From an uncultured Candidatus Rokubacteria bacterium (GTDB lineage: Bacteria > Methylomirabilota > Methylomirabilia > Rokubacteriales > CSP1-6), in contig CAVYTA010000005.1 of the NCBI GenBank assembly GCA_963771355.1, forward strand, positions 672,001 to 736,000: a stretch of DNA of 64,000 nt, in the 5' to 3' direction. Shown one piece after another: positions 26,620 to 36,693 of this stretch. The position numbers were made by a program, and so were the translations under genes. Position 1 is the stretch's first letter. Each line of letters begins with the position of its first letter. The notes below the pieces were generated by a model. That model was not told the origin of the DNA. It saw only the letters and a list, made by a program, of their open reading frames with translations, and ran no database searches.

Positions 26620-28991
26620 AGAACCGCGACGTGATCGATCAGGCCGACAGCTACATTGGAAAGTCCGTCGTCCGGCCTCAGGCGGCGCGACTCCTCGCCG
26701 GCCGCGGCGTGTTCACCGACGACCTCCGCCTCCCGCGCATGCTTCACGTGGCCTTCCTGCGCAGCCCCCACGCCCATGCCCGCATCGTGTCGCTGGACGC
26801 GCGGGCGGCGCTGGCCGTGGCCGGCGTGGCACGGGTAGTGACCGGCGACGAGCTGGCAAGGGTCTGCGCCGGCTGGGTGGGCACGCTCGCCCACTTCCAG
26901 GGGATGAAGTCGGCCATGCAGCATCCGCTGGCGCGGGGGCGGGCCACCTGGCAGGGGGAACCGGTGGCCGCGGTGGTGGCCGACACTCGCGCGCTGGCCG
27001 AGGACGGCGTGGGTCGGCTCGCCGTGGAGTGGGAGCCGCTGCCGATGGTGACGGATCCCGAGACCGCGCTCGACCCGTCCACCCCCGTCATTCATCCGGA
27101 GCTGGGTGACAACCTCGCCTTCGCGCTCGAGCTGAAGTCGGGCGACCCCGACGGAGCCTTCGCCGGCGCCGACCACGTCTACCGCGATACCTTCTGGATG
27201 GGACGCCACACCGGCGTGACGCTCGAGCCCCGGACCATCCTGGCCGACTTCGATCCGAGCGAGCGGCGCCTCACCGTCTACCACTCGTTCCAGGCGCCGA
27301 ACATGATGCAGGACATCCTGGCGCGGCACCTCAACCTGCCCGAGCACGACGTCCGCGTGATCTGCAAGGATGTCGGCGGCTCCTTCGGCATCAAGGTCCA
27401 CATCTATCCCGACGAGATGGCCACCTGCGCGCTCGCGGTGCTGCTGGGGCGCCCGGTGAAGTTCACGGCGGACCGGCTCGAGTCCTTCCAGTCCGACATC
27501 CACGCGCGCGACCATCGCGTCGACGCGGAGATCGCGGTCCGGCGCGACGGGACGATCGTGGGGATGCGGGTGGACGACCTCACCGGCATCGGGCCCTACT
27601 CCGTGTATCCCCGGACCAGTGCGGTGGAGGGCAACCAGACGATCCGGCTCACGCCGGGCGTGTATCGCTTCCGCGACTACGCGGGGCGCCTCCGCGTCGT
27701 GTTCCAGAACAAGACGCCCATGTGCCAGTACCGCGCGGTGGGCCATCCCATCGCCTTCGCGGTGATGGAGGGCATGGTGGACCGCGTGGCGCGGGAGCTC
27801 GGCCTCGACCCGGTGGAGGTGCGCCGGCGAAACTACGTCACCGCCGACATGTACCCACATACCTCGCAGACCGGCTACTTCTTCGAGCGGCTCTCGCACG
27901 AGGAGTGCCTGGACACGCTCCTCGCGATATCCGGCTATCGGGCGCTGGCCGCCGAGCGCGACGATCTCCGGAAGCAGGGGGTGTACCGGGGGCTCGGCCT
28001 CTGCGCCTTCATCGAGCTGACCACGCCGGGCCCCGCCTTCTACGGCGTGGGCGGCGCCCGCATCTCCTCGCAGGACGGCTGCACGCTGAAGCTCGAGCCG
28101 TCGGGCGCGGTGACCTGCGTCACCGGCGTGACCGAGCAAGGGCAGGGAACGGACGCCATGCTCGCCCAGGTGGTGGCCTCCGCGGTGGGAGTGCGGATCG
28201 AGGACGTGCGCGTGCTCACCGGCGACACCCTCGTTTCGCCGTATGGCGGCGGCACGTGGGCCTCGCGCGGCGCCGGCATCGGAGGCGAGGCGGCGCTGCA
28301 GACGGGCAAGGCGCTCAAGGGGAACGTGCTCAGGGTGGCGGCCGCCATCCTCCAGACGGAGCCGGAGGATCTCGATCTCCGGCGCGGGAAGGTTGTGGAC
28401 GCGGACACGGGCGAGGTGCGGCTGGACCTGGCCGAGCTAGGGCGCATCGCATACTTCCGGCCCGACACGCTTCCGAAGGATTTTCAGTCGGAGCTGACGG
28501 TGACGCGCCACTATGTGCCCCGCCACCAGGGCTTCGCCTTCACCAACGGCATCCAGCTCTCCCACGTGGAGGTGGACGGGGATACCGGCTTCGTCCGGCT
28601 GCTCGGCCACTGGGCGGTGGAAGATTGCGGCCGCATCATCAATCCGCGGCTGGTGGACGAGCAGGTTCGCGGCGCCATCGTCCAGGGCATCGGCGCCGCG
28701 CTCTTCGAGCACTGCGTCTATGACGAGGCGGGGCAGCTCCTCACCGGCACCATGGCCGACTATCTCGTGCCCATGGCGGCCGAGATGCCGGACATCGTGG
28801 TGGGCCACGTGGAGACGCCCACCGCCTTCGCCGAGGGTGGCTTCAAGGGCGCGGGTGAAGCCGGTACCGCGGGCGCCCCCGGCGCCGTGCTCAACGCGGT
28901 GAACGACGCCCTGGCGCCCTTGTCCGCGCGCATCACGCGCCAGCCCATCACTCCCGATGTGGTGCTGCGCGCGCTCGGCCGTCTGCCATGA
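26616..28991 (+). CDS. Xanthine dehydrogenase/CoxL-family molybdopterin-binding subunit (not form I CODH)
   Basis: ATGA overlap; RSPHAHA, DVGGSFGIK, active-site loop CQYRAVGHP, GQG, GGGTWASR, KGAGE. Confidence 0.92.
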   Translation: MKNRDVIDQADSYIGKSVVRPQAARLLAGRGVFTDDLRLPRMLHVAFLRSPHAHARIVSLDARAALAVAGVARVVTGDELARVCAGWVGTLAHFQGMKSAMQHPLARGRATWQGEPVAAVVADTRALAEDGVGRLAVEWEPLPMVTDPETALDPSTPVIHPELGDNLAFALELKSGDPDGAFAGADHVYRDTFWMGRHTGVTLEPRTILADFDPSERRLTVYHSFQAPNMMQDILARHLNLPEHDVRVICKDVGGSFGIKVHIYPDEMATCALAVLLGRPVKFTADRLESFQSDIHARDHRVDAEIAVRRDGTIVGMRVDDLTGIGPYSVYPRTSAVEGNQTIRLTPGVYRFRDYAGRLRVVFQNKTPMCQYRAVGHPIAFAVMEGMVDRVARELGLDPVEVRRRNYVTADMYPHTSQTGYFFERLSHEECLDTLLAISGYRALAAERDDLRKQGVYRGLGLCAFIELTTPGPAFYGVGGARISSQDGCTLKLEPSGAVTCVTGVTEQGQGTDAMLAQVVASAVGVRIEDVRVLTGDTLVSPYGGGTWASRGAGIGGEAALQTGKALKGNVLRVAAAILQTEPEDLDLRRGKVVDADTGEVRLDLAELGRIAYFRPDTLPKDFQSELTVTRHYVPRHQGFAFTNGIQLSHVEVDGDTGFVRLLGHWAVEDCGRIINPRLVDEQVRGAIVQGIGAALFEHCVYDEAGQLLTGTMADYLVPMAAEMPDIVVGHVETPTAFAEGGFKGAGEAGTAGAPGAVLNAVNDALAPLSARITRQPITPDVVLRALGRLP

Positions 28992-28992
28992 G

Positions 28993-29022
28993 TTGACATT
29001 CCGCCCGTCGCCCCCCGATAGT
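28993..29022 (+). promoter_or_regulatory. sigma70 promoter, probably giving a leaderless mRNA for the DUF898 gene
   Basis: TTGACA, 18 nt, GATAGT; ATG 29029 follows after 6 nt with no SD. Confidence 0.55.
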
Positions 29023-29028
29023 GCGGGC

Positions 29029-30222
29029 ATGGCGGGGCCAGCGTCACCCGGGCCGGAAGACCGGCCCAGCTTCTTCCGCAAGCCGGTATCGCCCCCATCG
29101 TCGTCCCTGCCGCCACCCGCGCCGCCGGTCGCCGTGACGACCAGCTCGGCCCCGCCGCCCCCGGCCGACATCGCGCCGCCCTCGCCGCCTCCGCCGATTC
29201 CCACTCCGCCCCCGCCGCCCCCCCCGCCGCCGCCGTCCGCGCCCGCCGCCCGAGAGCCGGGTCCGCCGTGGGCGGGCGCGGAGGTGCATCGCCTCACCTT
29301 CCATGGCGTGGGTGGCACGCTCTTCGGCATCCACATCGTCAACGTGTTCCTCACCATCGTGACGCTGGGAATCTTCTACTTCTGGGGCAAGGCGCGCGTG
29401 CGCCGCTATCTCTGGAGCCAGATGGCCATCGCGGGCGACCGCTTCGCCTTCCACGGCACCGGCCGGGAGATGCTGATCGGCTTCCTCAAGGCGATGCTCC
29501 TCTTCGCGGTCCCCCTGATCGCGCTCAGCATCCTGCAGAACCTCGACTGGGTGTGGCGGATCGTGCGGGTGCTGGCCTATCTCCTCGCCTACGTGATCGT
29601 GGCGGTGTTCTACCCGCTCGCCATCGTGGGGGCGCGGCGTTACCGGCTGAGCCGGAGCTCCTGGCGGGGCATCCGCTTCTCGTTCCGCGGCTCGGCCCGC
29701 GAGTTCATCAAGATCTTCGTCGTCAACTCCCTCATGACCTCGGTGACGCTCGGGCTCTGGTATCCGGTCCTCGACACGAAGCGCTACGCCTTCCTGACCT
29801 CGAACTCGTGGTTCGGGAACCGGCGCTTCGGCTTCGACGGAGGCCACTTCCGCCTCTTCGGGTCCTTCCTCCTCGCGCTCATCCTCACCCCGTTCACGCT
29901 GGGGCTGTGCTGGTTCTGGTACGTGGCGAAGAAGCGCCGCTTCTACTGGGGGCACACGACCTTCGGTGCCGCCCGCTACCAGTACAGCGGAACGGGCGGC
30001 GCCATCCTGTGGCTCATGGCGTTGAACCTCGTCATCGTGCTGGGGACGCTCGGACTCGGGTGGCCCTGGGCCAAGGTGCGGACGGCGCGCTTCCTCGCCC
30101 GGAACCTGACCCTGGTGGGGCCGCTCGAGCTGGAAAGCATTCAGCAGGACGCGCAGGCGGCCAGCGCCACCGGGGAGGGCCTGGCCGGCCTTCTCGACGC
30201 CGGCGGCCTCGACCTCGGCTGA
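29029..30222 (+). CDS. DUF898/YjgN family membrane protein with a Pro-rich N-terminal extension
   Basis: F.G.GG.LFGIHIVNVFLTIVTLGIFYFWGKARVRRYLW, repeated LT..TLGL..PW motifs. Confidence 0.88.
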   Translation: MAGPASPGPEDRPSFFRKPVSPPSSSLPPPAPPVAVTTSSAPPPPADIAPPSPPPPIPTPPPPPPPPPPSAPAAREPGPPWAGAEVHRLTFHGVGGTLFGIHIVNVFLTIVTLGIFYFWGKARVRRYLWSQMAIAGDRFAFHGTGREMLIGFLKAMLLFAVPLIALSILQNLDWVWRIVRVLAYLLAYVIVAVFYPLAIVGARRYRLSRSSWRGIRFSFRGSAREFIKIFVVNSLMTSVTLGLWYPVLDTKRYAFLTSNSWFGNRRFGFDGGHFRLFGSFLLALILTPFTLGLCWFWYVAKKRRFYWGHTTFGAARYQYSGTGGAILWLMALNLVIVLGTLGLGWPWAKVRTARFLARNLTLVGPLELESIQQDAQAASATGEGLAGLLDAGGLDLG

Positions 30223-30239
30223 GCCCCACCGCCGCCCCG

Positions 30240-31355
30240 ATGCGCACCGACTGGGAGGGCCACTATCTCGACGGACGCACGCCCACCCGCCGTCGTGCCA
30301 CCGTCCGACTCATGCGCGGCGGGCTCGAGATCACGCCCGAGGGCGCGGCGACGCAGTTCTGGCCCTACGGCGAGCTTCGCCAGACCCAGGGCTCCTATGC
30401 CGGCGAGGAGGTGCGCCTCGAGCGGGGCGGCCCACTGCCTGAGGCCTTCGTGGTGGCCGACCCGGCCTTCCTGGCGGATCTCCGCGAGATCTCGCAGACG
30501 CCGAGCGCGCGCTTCCACGACCCGCGCGGCCGTAGCCGGCGCCGGCAGCTCACCGTGCTGGCGGGGCTGGCGGTGGTGGCCATCGTGGCCGCCATCTATC
30601 TCTGGGGGATTCCCATCGTCGCGGAAGTGGTGGCCGCGCGCGTGCCCATCGCCTGGGAGGACCGGCTCGGCGGCTCGGTCGTCGAGAGCCTGGTCCCGCC
30701 GGAGAAGCGCTGCCGCTCGGAGGCCGGGCAGCGGGCGCTCGACGAGCTCGTCGCCACCCTCGTCGCGGCGGCCCCGCCCTCCGGCTACACGTTTCGCGCG
30801 CAGGTCGCGAACAACAAGGTCGTGAACGCCTTCGCCGCGCCGGGCGGCTACATCGTGGTGCTCCGCGGCCTCCTCGACGAGATGCGCACCCCCGAAGAGC
30901 TGGCGGGCGTGCTCGCCCACGAGATCCAGCACGTGCTGCGGCGCCACTCGACCAAGGCGCTGGTGCAGCACCTCTCCACCGGCTTGCTGCTCACGGCGGT
31001 GAGCGGCGACGTGAGCGGGGTCATGGCCTATGGCCTCGAGGGGGCGCGCGTGCTCGGCCAGCTCCGCTACGGACGCGCCGCCGAGGAGGAGGCCGATGCC
31101 CTGGGCATGCAGCTCATCATCGCGGCCGGGCTCGATCCGCAAGGGATGATCGCCTTCTTCGAGACGACCCAGAAGAAAGGGGGAGGGGGGTCGGGCCGGC
31201 CCGTCTACCTTTCCAGCCATCCCGGCGCGGCCGACCGGATCGCGCGCCTCACCCGGCTGGCGCAGGCGGCCCCACCACCCCGACGGCCCGCGCTCGGTGA
31301 GGCCGCGTGGGCGGCCCTCCGGGCCATCTGCGCCAAGCCCGGCGCGACCCCCTGA
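30240..31355 (+). CDS. M48 family zinc metallopeptidase
   Basis: VNAFAAPGG, ELAGVLAHEIQH (HExxH), EEEAD, YLSSHP...RI; TM helix; typical partner of DUF898. Confidence 0.9.
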   Translation: MRTDWEGHYLDGRTPTRRRATVRLMRGGLEITPEGAATQFWPYGELRQTQGSYAGEEVRLERGGPLPEAFVVADPAFLADLREISQTPSARFHDPRGRSRRRQLTVLAGLAVVAIVAAIYLWGIPIVAEVVAARVPIAWEDRLGGSVVESLVPPEKRCRSEAGQRALDELVATLVAAAPPSGYTFRAQVANNKVVNAFAAPGGYIVVLRGLLDEMRTPEELAGVLAHEIQHVLRRHSTKALVQHLSTGLLLTAVSGDVSGVMAYGLEGARVLGQLRYGRAAEEEADALGMQLIIAAGLDPQGMIAFFETTQKKGGGGSGRPVYLSSHPGAADRIARLTRLAQAAPPPRRPALGEAAWAALRAICAKPGATP

Positions 31356-31507
31356 CCGCGCCTGTTCCGTCGCCGACACCTCCGGTGTCAAACCTGTCAC
31401 CTCGGCGGGATCATCGGTCCCGGGGCGCACGACTCCGCCGTTGAGCACAAAAGGCATGTGGTTGATCTGAAAGAGTCCTCGCCGCCAAAACCCCCCGAAT
31501 TGGTCCT

Positions 31508-31523
31508 TGGTATCCGCCTTGCT
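31508..31523 (+). promoter_or_regulatory. Putative sigma54 promoter for bactofilin-M23
   Basis: TGGTATCCGCCTTGCT (GG-N10-GC, TTGCT -12 box), 14 nt before ATG 31537, preceded by an AT-richer tract. Confidence 0.6.
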
Positions 31524-31536
31524 CCTGGTCGTGGCC

Positions 31537-31941
31537 ATGTGGTTTAGAACGAAACACGCGCGTACGCTCCGGGGCAACCTGAGCGCCTTCCTGGACGAGG
31601 GCTCGGAGATCGAGGGCCGCTACGTGTGTGCCGGCACCGTGATGTTCAATGGCCGGCTGCGCGGCGAAATCGAGTCCAGCGGCACCCTCATCGTGGGGGA
31701 GCGGGGCCGCATCAATGGCACGCTCCGGGCCGGCACGGTGATCGTGCACGGCGAGATCACCGGCAACGTGACCGCCACCGATCGCGTGGAGCTCAAGGGC
31801 ACCGCGCGCGTCACCGGCGACATCGAGGCCGCGGTGATCATCATGGAGGAAGGCGTCTTTCTCGACGGGCGCTGCCACATGACGCGGCTGCGGCCCGCGG
31901 AGGAGCCCACTGCGCTGGCCGTCATGGCGGTGGGGCGATGA
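31537..31941 (+). CDS. Bactofilin (polymer-forming cytoskeletal protein)
   Basis: FLDEGSEIEG, GRLRGEI, LIVGERGRINGTL, VHGEITGNV.A..RVEL...ARVTGDI, MEEGVFLDGRC beta-helix repeats. Confidence 0.92.
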   Translation: MWFRTKHARTLRGNLSAFLDEGSEIEGRYVCAGTVMFNGRLRGEIESSGTLIVGERGRINGTLRAGTVIVHGEITGNVTATDRVELKGTARVTGDIEAAVIIMEEGVFLDGRCHMTRLRPAEEPTALAVMAVGR

Positions 31942-32873
31942 GCTGGTACGTCGCGCGTCAGAACCGCGGACGCCTGTTCCACCACCTGCTCCTGGTGCGC
32001 GCGAACGGGGCCGGTAGCCGCGCCCTGCACCTTCCCCGCGTGGGCACCTGCATCGTGGCCGCCGCCCTCGGCGTGGCGGTGGGCGCGGTCGGGGTCGCCA
32101 CCGCGGACTATCTCACGCTCAAGCGGCAGTCGACCACGCTGGCCTCGGTGCAACAGAAGGTGGACGAGCAGCGCGCGCTCATCGAGACCTTCCAGAAGCG
32201 CATCGGCGACGTGCGGAAGGAGATCGCGACCTGGAAGGAGCTGCACGCGCGCATGGCCGAGCCGTTCGGGCCCGAGTCGGGCTCCCCGCGTCCCGCCACG
32301 CAGGTGGCCGGTATCGGCGGCGTCACCGGCTCCGTGCGGCCCGATCCCGAAGGCGAGCATCCGGTCATCTGGCAGGAGGTCGAGGCGCTGGCCGCGTCGG
32401 TGCTGGAGGAAGGGCCCCGGGTGCGCGCGCTGGAGCGGACCGTCTCGTCGGCGGGCCGCATGATCGCGGCCATGCCGTCCCGCTGGCCGGTGCGCGGCGC
32501 GGTGAACTCCGAGTTCGGCCGCCGCAAGTCGCCGTGGGGCACGGCCATCGAGCACCACAGCGGGCTCGACATCGCGGCTCACATGGGCACGCCGGTGAAG
32601 GCCCCCGCCACCGCCACCGTGGTGTTCGCGGGATCGGGCGGGGAATACGGCCTGGCCGTCATCCTGGACCATGGCAACGAGGTGAAGTCGCTGTACGGCC
32701 ACCTCTCCAAGATCCACGTGAATGTGGGCCAGCGCGTGGAGCGGGGCTTCATCGTCGCGCTCACCGGCAATACCGGCCGCAGCTCGGGCCCGCACCTCCA
32801 CTACGAAGTGCACGTGAAGGGCCAGGCCGTGAATCCCCGCGCCTTCCTCTGGAACGCCCCCGACCGCAGCTAG
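31938..32873 (+). CDS. M23 family metallopeptidase (LmdC/Csd1-like: TM, coiled coil, M23)
   Basis: ATGA overlap with bactofilin; PSRWPV.G, HSGLDIAA, YGHL, GNTGRSSGPHLHYEV. Confidence 0.92.
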   Translation: MSWYVARQNRGRLFHHLLLVRANGAGSRALHLPRVGTCIVAAALGVAVGAVGVATADYLTLKRQSTTLASVQQKVDEQRALIETFQKRIGDVRKEIATWKELHARMAEPFGPESGSPRPATQVAGIGGVTGSVRPDPEGEHPVIWQEVEALAASVLEEGPRVRALERTVSSAGRMIAAMPSRWPVRGAVNSEFGRRKSPWGTAIEHHSGLDIAAHMGTPVKAPATATVVFAGSGGEYGLAVILDHGNEVKSLYGHLSKIHVNVGQRVERGFIVALTGNTGRSSGPHLHYEVHVKGQAVNPRAFLWNAPDRS

Positions 32874-32921
32874 CTGACGGGCGTAGACCGGGGGCCAACC
32901 GAAGGAGTGCCCCGGCCCGGG

Positions 32922-34763
32922 TCAAGCCTCGGGCCGCCCGCTCTGCTTCCCCTCGAGCGCGGCCCAGCGCGCGTAGAGACGCTCCACCTCCGCCCGTGCG
33001 GCTTCCGTAGCCGCGTAGCGGGCCGCGAGCGCGGCCGGATCCGAGGCCACTCGCGGATCTTCCAGCCCCGCCTGGGACTCCTCCAGGGCCCGCTCGGCCT
33101 CGACGATCCGGCCTTCCATCTCCTCCCACTCACGGCGCTCGAGGTAGGTGAGGCGCTTGATGCCCTGGGCCTCGCGCGGGCTCGCGGCGCGAGACGGAGA
33201 GGCGACCCGCGCGGCCCGGGCCGTCTCCCGCCGGACGGCCTCCCACTGGGCGCAGTCGGCGAACCAGTCGGCGCCCCCGGCGCCGTCGAGGGCGAGGATG
33301 CCGGTGGCCACGCGGTCGAGCAAGAAGCGATCGTGGGTCACCAGCACCAGCGCGCCGGGGAACTCGGCGAGGCTTTCCTCGAGCACCTCCAGCGTCGGGA
33401 TGTCGAGATCGTTGGTGGGCTCGTCGAGGAGCAGCAGGTCGGCGGGCTCGAGCATGAGCCGGGCAAGGTGCACGCGCGCGCGCTCGCCGCCCGAGAGCCG
33501 CGACACCGGGAGCGCGAGCTGCTCCGGCCGGAAGAGGAAGCGCTTGGCCCAGGCGGCCACGTGGAGCGCGCGACCCTGGTAAATGACGCTGTCGGCCTCG
33601 GGCGCCAGCGCGCGGCGCAGCGGCTGGTCGGGGTCGAGCCCCTCGCGATGCTGGTCGAAGTGCGCGACGCGCAGTCCCGGCGCGCGCTCGATCTCGCCGT
33701 GGTCGGGCGCCAGCGTGCCGTCGAGCAGGCGGAGCACCGTGGTCTTGCCGCTGCCGTTCGGGCCGATGAGGCCCAATCGCGAGCCCGCGCCGAGGACGAG
33801 GTCGAGCCCGTCCACGATGGGCCGGCCGCCGAGTGTCGTGCCCAGCCCGCGCGCGACCAGGAGCCGGCGCGTGGGCCGGCCGGAGGCGGTGAAGTCGATG
33901 CCCGCCCGTGGCCCCGCGGCGCGGCCCCGTGACTCGGCCAGCTCGTCGATGAGCCGGCCGGCCTCCTTGATGCGCGCCTGCTGCTTGGTGCTGCGCGCCT
34001 TGGCGCCCTGGCGCAGCCACTCGATCTCGCGCCGCACCCGGTTGGCGAGCGTCTCCTGGTACGCGGCCTCCGCCCGCAGCGCCTCGTCGCGCGCGACGAG
34101 AAAATCGCTGTAGCGCCCGGGCGCCTCGAAGAGCCCGGAGGGATAGATACGGTTGAGCTCGACCATCCGCTCGACCACGCGCTCGAGGAACCAGCGATCG
34201 TGGCTGACGACGAGATAGGCGAGCGCCTCGGATCGCAGGATCTCCTCGAGCCAGAGAATGCCCTCGACGTCGAGGTGATTCGTCGGCTCGTCCATGAGGA
34301 GCACGTCCGGTGCGCGCGCCAGCTCGCGCGCGATGGCCAGGCGCTTGAGCCAGCCACCCGACAGGTCGCCCACGCGCGCGCCGGGGTCCGCGAAGCCGGC
34401 GCGCGACAGCGCCCTCGCCACGCGGAGCCCGGCGGCGGCGAGCCCGGGAGCCCCGGCCGATCCAGGCTCGCCGCTCTCCGCCACCGCCGCGGCCACGACA
34501 CCCTCCGCCGTCTCGTCGGGAGGGAAGCTCGGGTCCTGGGGCACATACCCCAGCCGGGTCCGGCGCCGGAGCGAGCGAGTGCCGCGGTCCGGCGTCTCCA
34601 GCCCCGCCAGGATGCGGAGCAGCGTGGACTTGCCCGAGCCGTTGGGACCCACCAGCCCCAGGCGGTCGCCTTCGGCCAGACTCAGCGAGAGATCCTCGAA
34701 GAGCGGAGCGGCGCCGAAGGCCTTGGCGAGGCCCTCGACGGAGAGCAGCACCGTGGGCGTCAC
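32922..34763 (-). CDS. uup: ABC-F family ATPase Uup
   Basis: Two NBDs (GPNGSGKS/T, LSGG, DEPTN), no TM segments, C-terminal KRLTYLERREWEEME...LYARWAALE domain. GTG 34763 overlaps the upstream stop. Confidence 0.85.
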   Translation of the reverse strand: MTPTVLLSVEGLAKAFGAAPLFEDLSLSLAEGDRLGLVGPNGSGKSTLLRILAGLETPDRGTRSLRRRTRLGYVPQDPSFPPDETAEGVVAAAVAESGEPGSAGAPGLAAAGLRVARALSRAGFADPGARVGDLSGGWLKRLAIARELARAPDVLLMDEPTNHLDVEGILWLEEILRSEALAYLVVSHDRWFLERVVERMVELNRIYPSGLFEAPGRYSDFLVARDEALRAEAAYQETLANRVRREIEWLRQGAKARSTKQQARIKEAGRLIDELAESRGRAAGPRAGIDFTASGRPTRRLLVARGLGTTLGGRPIVDGLDLVLGAGSRLGLIGPNGSGKTTVLRLLDGTLAPDHGEIERAPGLRVAHFDQHREGLDPDQPLRRALAPEADSVIYQGRALHVAAWAKRFLFRPEQLALPVSRLSGGERARVHLARLMLEPADLLLLDEPTNDLDIPTLEVLEESLAEFPGALVLVTHDRFLLDRVATGILALDGAGGADWFADCAQWEAVRRETARAARVASPSRAASPREAQGIKRLTYLERREWEEMEGRIVEAERALEESQAGLEDPRVASDPAALAARYAATEAARAEVERLYARWAALEGKQSGRPEA

Positions 34764-35047
34764 GACGGCCGGCCGATTGCGCGGGCGGGCGGGCTGCCGG
34801 AGCGCCCGGCTCCGTCGATCAGCGCGTCCTTGTCGGGGCGGCGGAGCCGCTTGATCCGCGCCTCCTCCCGGAGGGCGGCGCTCCAGGTGCGCACGCGCCG
34901 CGACCACGCCAGGGTCACGGGAAGGTGCGCGCGGGTATAGCGCGAGGCGCGCCCCGCCGTGTGCTGGGCGAGGCGGCGGGGGAGGTCGCGCGCGGAGCCC
35001 GCGTAGAGCGAGCCGTCACCGCAGCGGAGGAGATAGACCCAGGGCAC
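34760..35047 (-). CDS. GIY-YIG nuclease family protein (UPF0213/YhbQ-like)
   Basis: VYLLRCGDGSLYAG, RLAQHTAG, SRYTR, ALREEARIKRLRR. Confidence 0.88.
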   Translation of the reverse strand: MPWVYLLRCGDGSLYAGSARDLPRRLAQHTAGRASRYTRAHLPVTLAWSRRVRTWSAALREEARIKRLRRPDKDALIDGAGRSGSPPARAIGRPS

Positions 35048-35057
35048 GCCGTGCGGC

Positions 35058-36689
35058 TCAGTCCGCCGGCTTCCAGTCCTTGAACTTCTCGCGAAGCACC
35101 TTCTTGTCGAACTTGCCCACCGAGGTCTTGGGCACCGCGTCGATGAACCGCACGTCGTCGGGCAGCCACCACTTGGCCACGCGGGGGGTGAGGTAGTCGA
35201 GGATCTCCTGCTTGGCGAGCTGGCCCTTGAACTCGGGTTTGGGCACCACGCAGGCGAGCGGGCGCTCCTGCCAGCGCGGGTGCGGCACCGCGATCACCGC
35301 CGCCTCGAGCACCTTGGGATGGCCCATGATGGTGCTCTCGAGATCCACGCTGGAGATCCACTCGCCGCCCGACTTGATGAGGTCCTTGGTGCGGTCGGTG
35401 ATCTGGATATAGCCCTCGGGATCGATGGCGGCGACGTCGCCGGTGCGGAACCAGCCGTCCTCCGTGAACTGGATCGCGCCGGCGGGGTTATTGTAGTAGC
35501 CGCTGGTCACCCAGGGCCCCCGCACCTGGATCTCGCCCACGCTCTTGCCGTCCCAGGGCTGCACCTGGCCTGCGTCGTCCACGAGGCGCATGTCCACGCC
35601 TGCCACCACCGCCCCCTGCTTGGCCCGGATGGCGTAACGCTCGTCTTCGGGGAGGGCGTCGGTATAGGAGCGCGGCCGGCACACCGAGCCCAGCGGTGTC
35701 ATCTCCGTCATGCCCCAGGCATGGAGCATGTAGGCGCCGTACTTCTTGTCGAAGTCCTCGATGAGGGTGCGGGGGGCCGCGGAGCCGCCGATGGGAATGC
35801 ACCGGATGGACGAGATGTCCCACTGCGGCTCCTTCTCGAGGATGGCCTGGATGGCGATCCACACCGTGGGGACCGCGCCCACCAGCGTCACCTTCTCCGC
35901 GTGGACGATCTCGATGATGTCGCGCGGCTGGGGATTCGGCCCGCCGAAGATCTGGGTGGAGCCGTTCATCACGCCCGCGAAGGGTACGCACCAGGCGTTG
36001 GCGTGGAACATGGGCACGATGTGGAGGATGACGTCGCGCTCGCAGATGCCCAGCACGTCCACGGTGGACGAGGCGAAGCAGTGGAGGAAGACCCCGCGGT
36101 GGGAGTAGACCACCCCCTTGGGGTGACCGGTGGTGCCGGAGGTGTAGCACATGCCGGCGGCGTCGGTCTCCTCCAGGCGCGGCCACTCGGAAACCGGCGG
36201 GGTGGCGGCCACCAGCGCCTCGTAGTCGAGCGTCCCGGAGGGAATCTCCGCGGTGGGCGTGTCCTTCATCACGATGAAGTGCTTCACCGACTTGAGGTTC
36301 TTGCGGATCGGCTCGAGCAGGCTCCAGAGGCTCGCGTCCACGATGAGGACCTGGTCCTCGGCGTGGTTGATGATGTAGGTGATGTCCTGTGGTGAGAGGC
36401 GGATGTTCACGGTGTGGAGCACCATGCCCATCAGCGGCGCCGCGAAGTACACCTCCATGTGCCGGTGCGAGTTCCACGCGAAGGTGCCCACCCGGTCGCC
36501 CTTCTTGAGCCCGAGCCCCGCGAGCGCGGCGGACAGACGGCAGACCCGATCGGCGTAGTCGGCATAGGTATAGCGCTGCAGCCCCACCCCGGGCACGCGC
36601 GTCGCGAGCGTCTTCTTGTGGAAGAGCTTCCGCGTGCGCTCGAAGAAGTGAGTGAGGGTGAGCGGGTAGTCCATGATGAGGCCCTTCAT
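35058..36689 (-). CDS. Acyl-CoA synthetase/fatty acid-CoA ligase (AlkK/DmdB-like)
   Basis: [71 protein letters not shown]. Confidence 0.92.
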   Translation of the reverse strand: MKGLIMDYPLTLTHFFERTRKLFHKKTLATRVPGVGLQRYTYADYADRVCRLSAALAGLGLKKGDRVGTFAWNSHRHMEVYFAAPLMGMVLHTVNIRLSPQDITYIINHAEDQVLIVDASLWSLLEPIRKNLKSVKHFIVMKDTPTAEIPSGTLDYEALVAATPPVSEWPRLEETDAAGMCYTSGTTGHPKGVVYSHRGVFLHCFASSTVDVLGICERDVILHIVPMFHANAWCVPFAGVMNGSTQIFGGPNPQPRDIIEIVHAEKVTLVGAVPTVWIAIQAILEKEPQWDISSIRCIPIGGSAAPRTLIEDFDKKYGAYMLHAWGMTEMTPLGSVCRPRSYTDALPEDERYAIRAKQGAVVAGVDMRLVDDAGQVQPWDGKSVGEIQVRGPWVTSGYYNNPAGAIQFTEDGWFRTGDVAAIDPEGYIQITDRTKDLIKSGGEWISSVDLESTIMGHPKVLEAAVIAVPHPRWQERPLACVVPKPEFKGQLAKQEILDYLTPRVAKWWLPDDVRFIDAVPKTSVGKFDKKVLREKFKDWKPAD

Positions 36690-36693
36690 CGTC

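Noticed and set aside
25228..28991. Aerobic CO dehydrogenase (coxMSL) call for either cluster
   Set aside because: There is no AYxCSFR motif and no coxDEFG accessory genes, so only a family-level call is justified.
34760..35047. GIY-YIG protein as a homing endonuclease or defence gene
   Set aside because: It is the short stand-alone UPF0213 type, coupled to uup, with no intron or mobile context.
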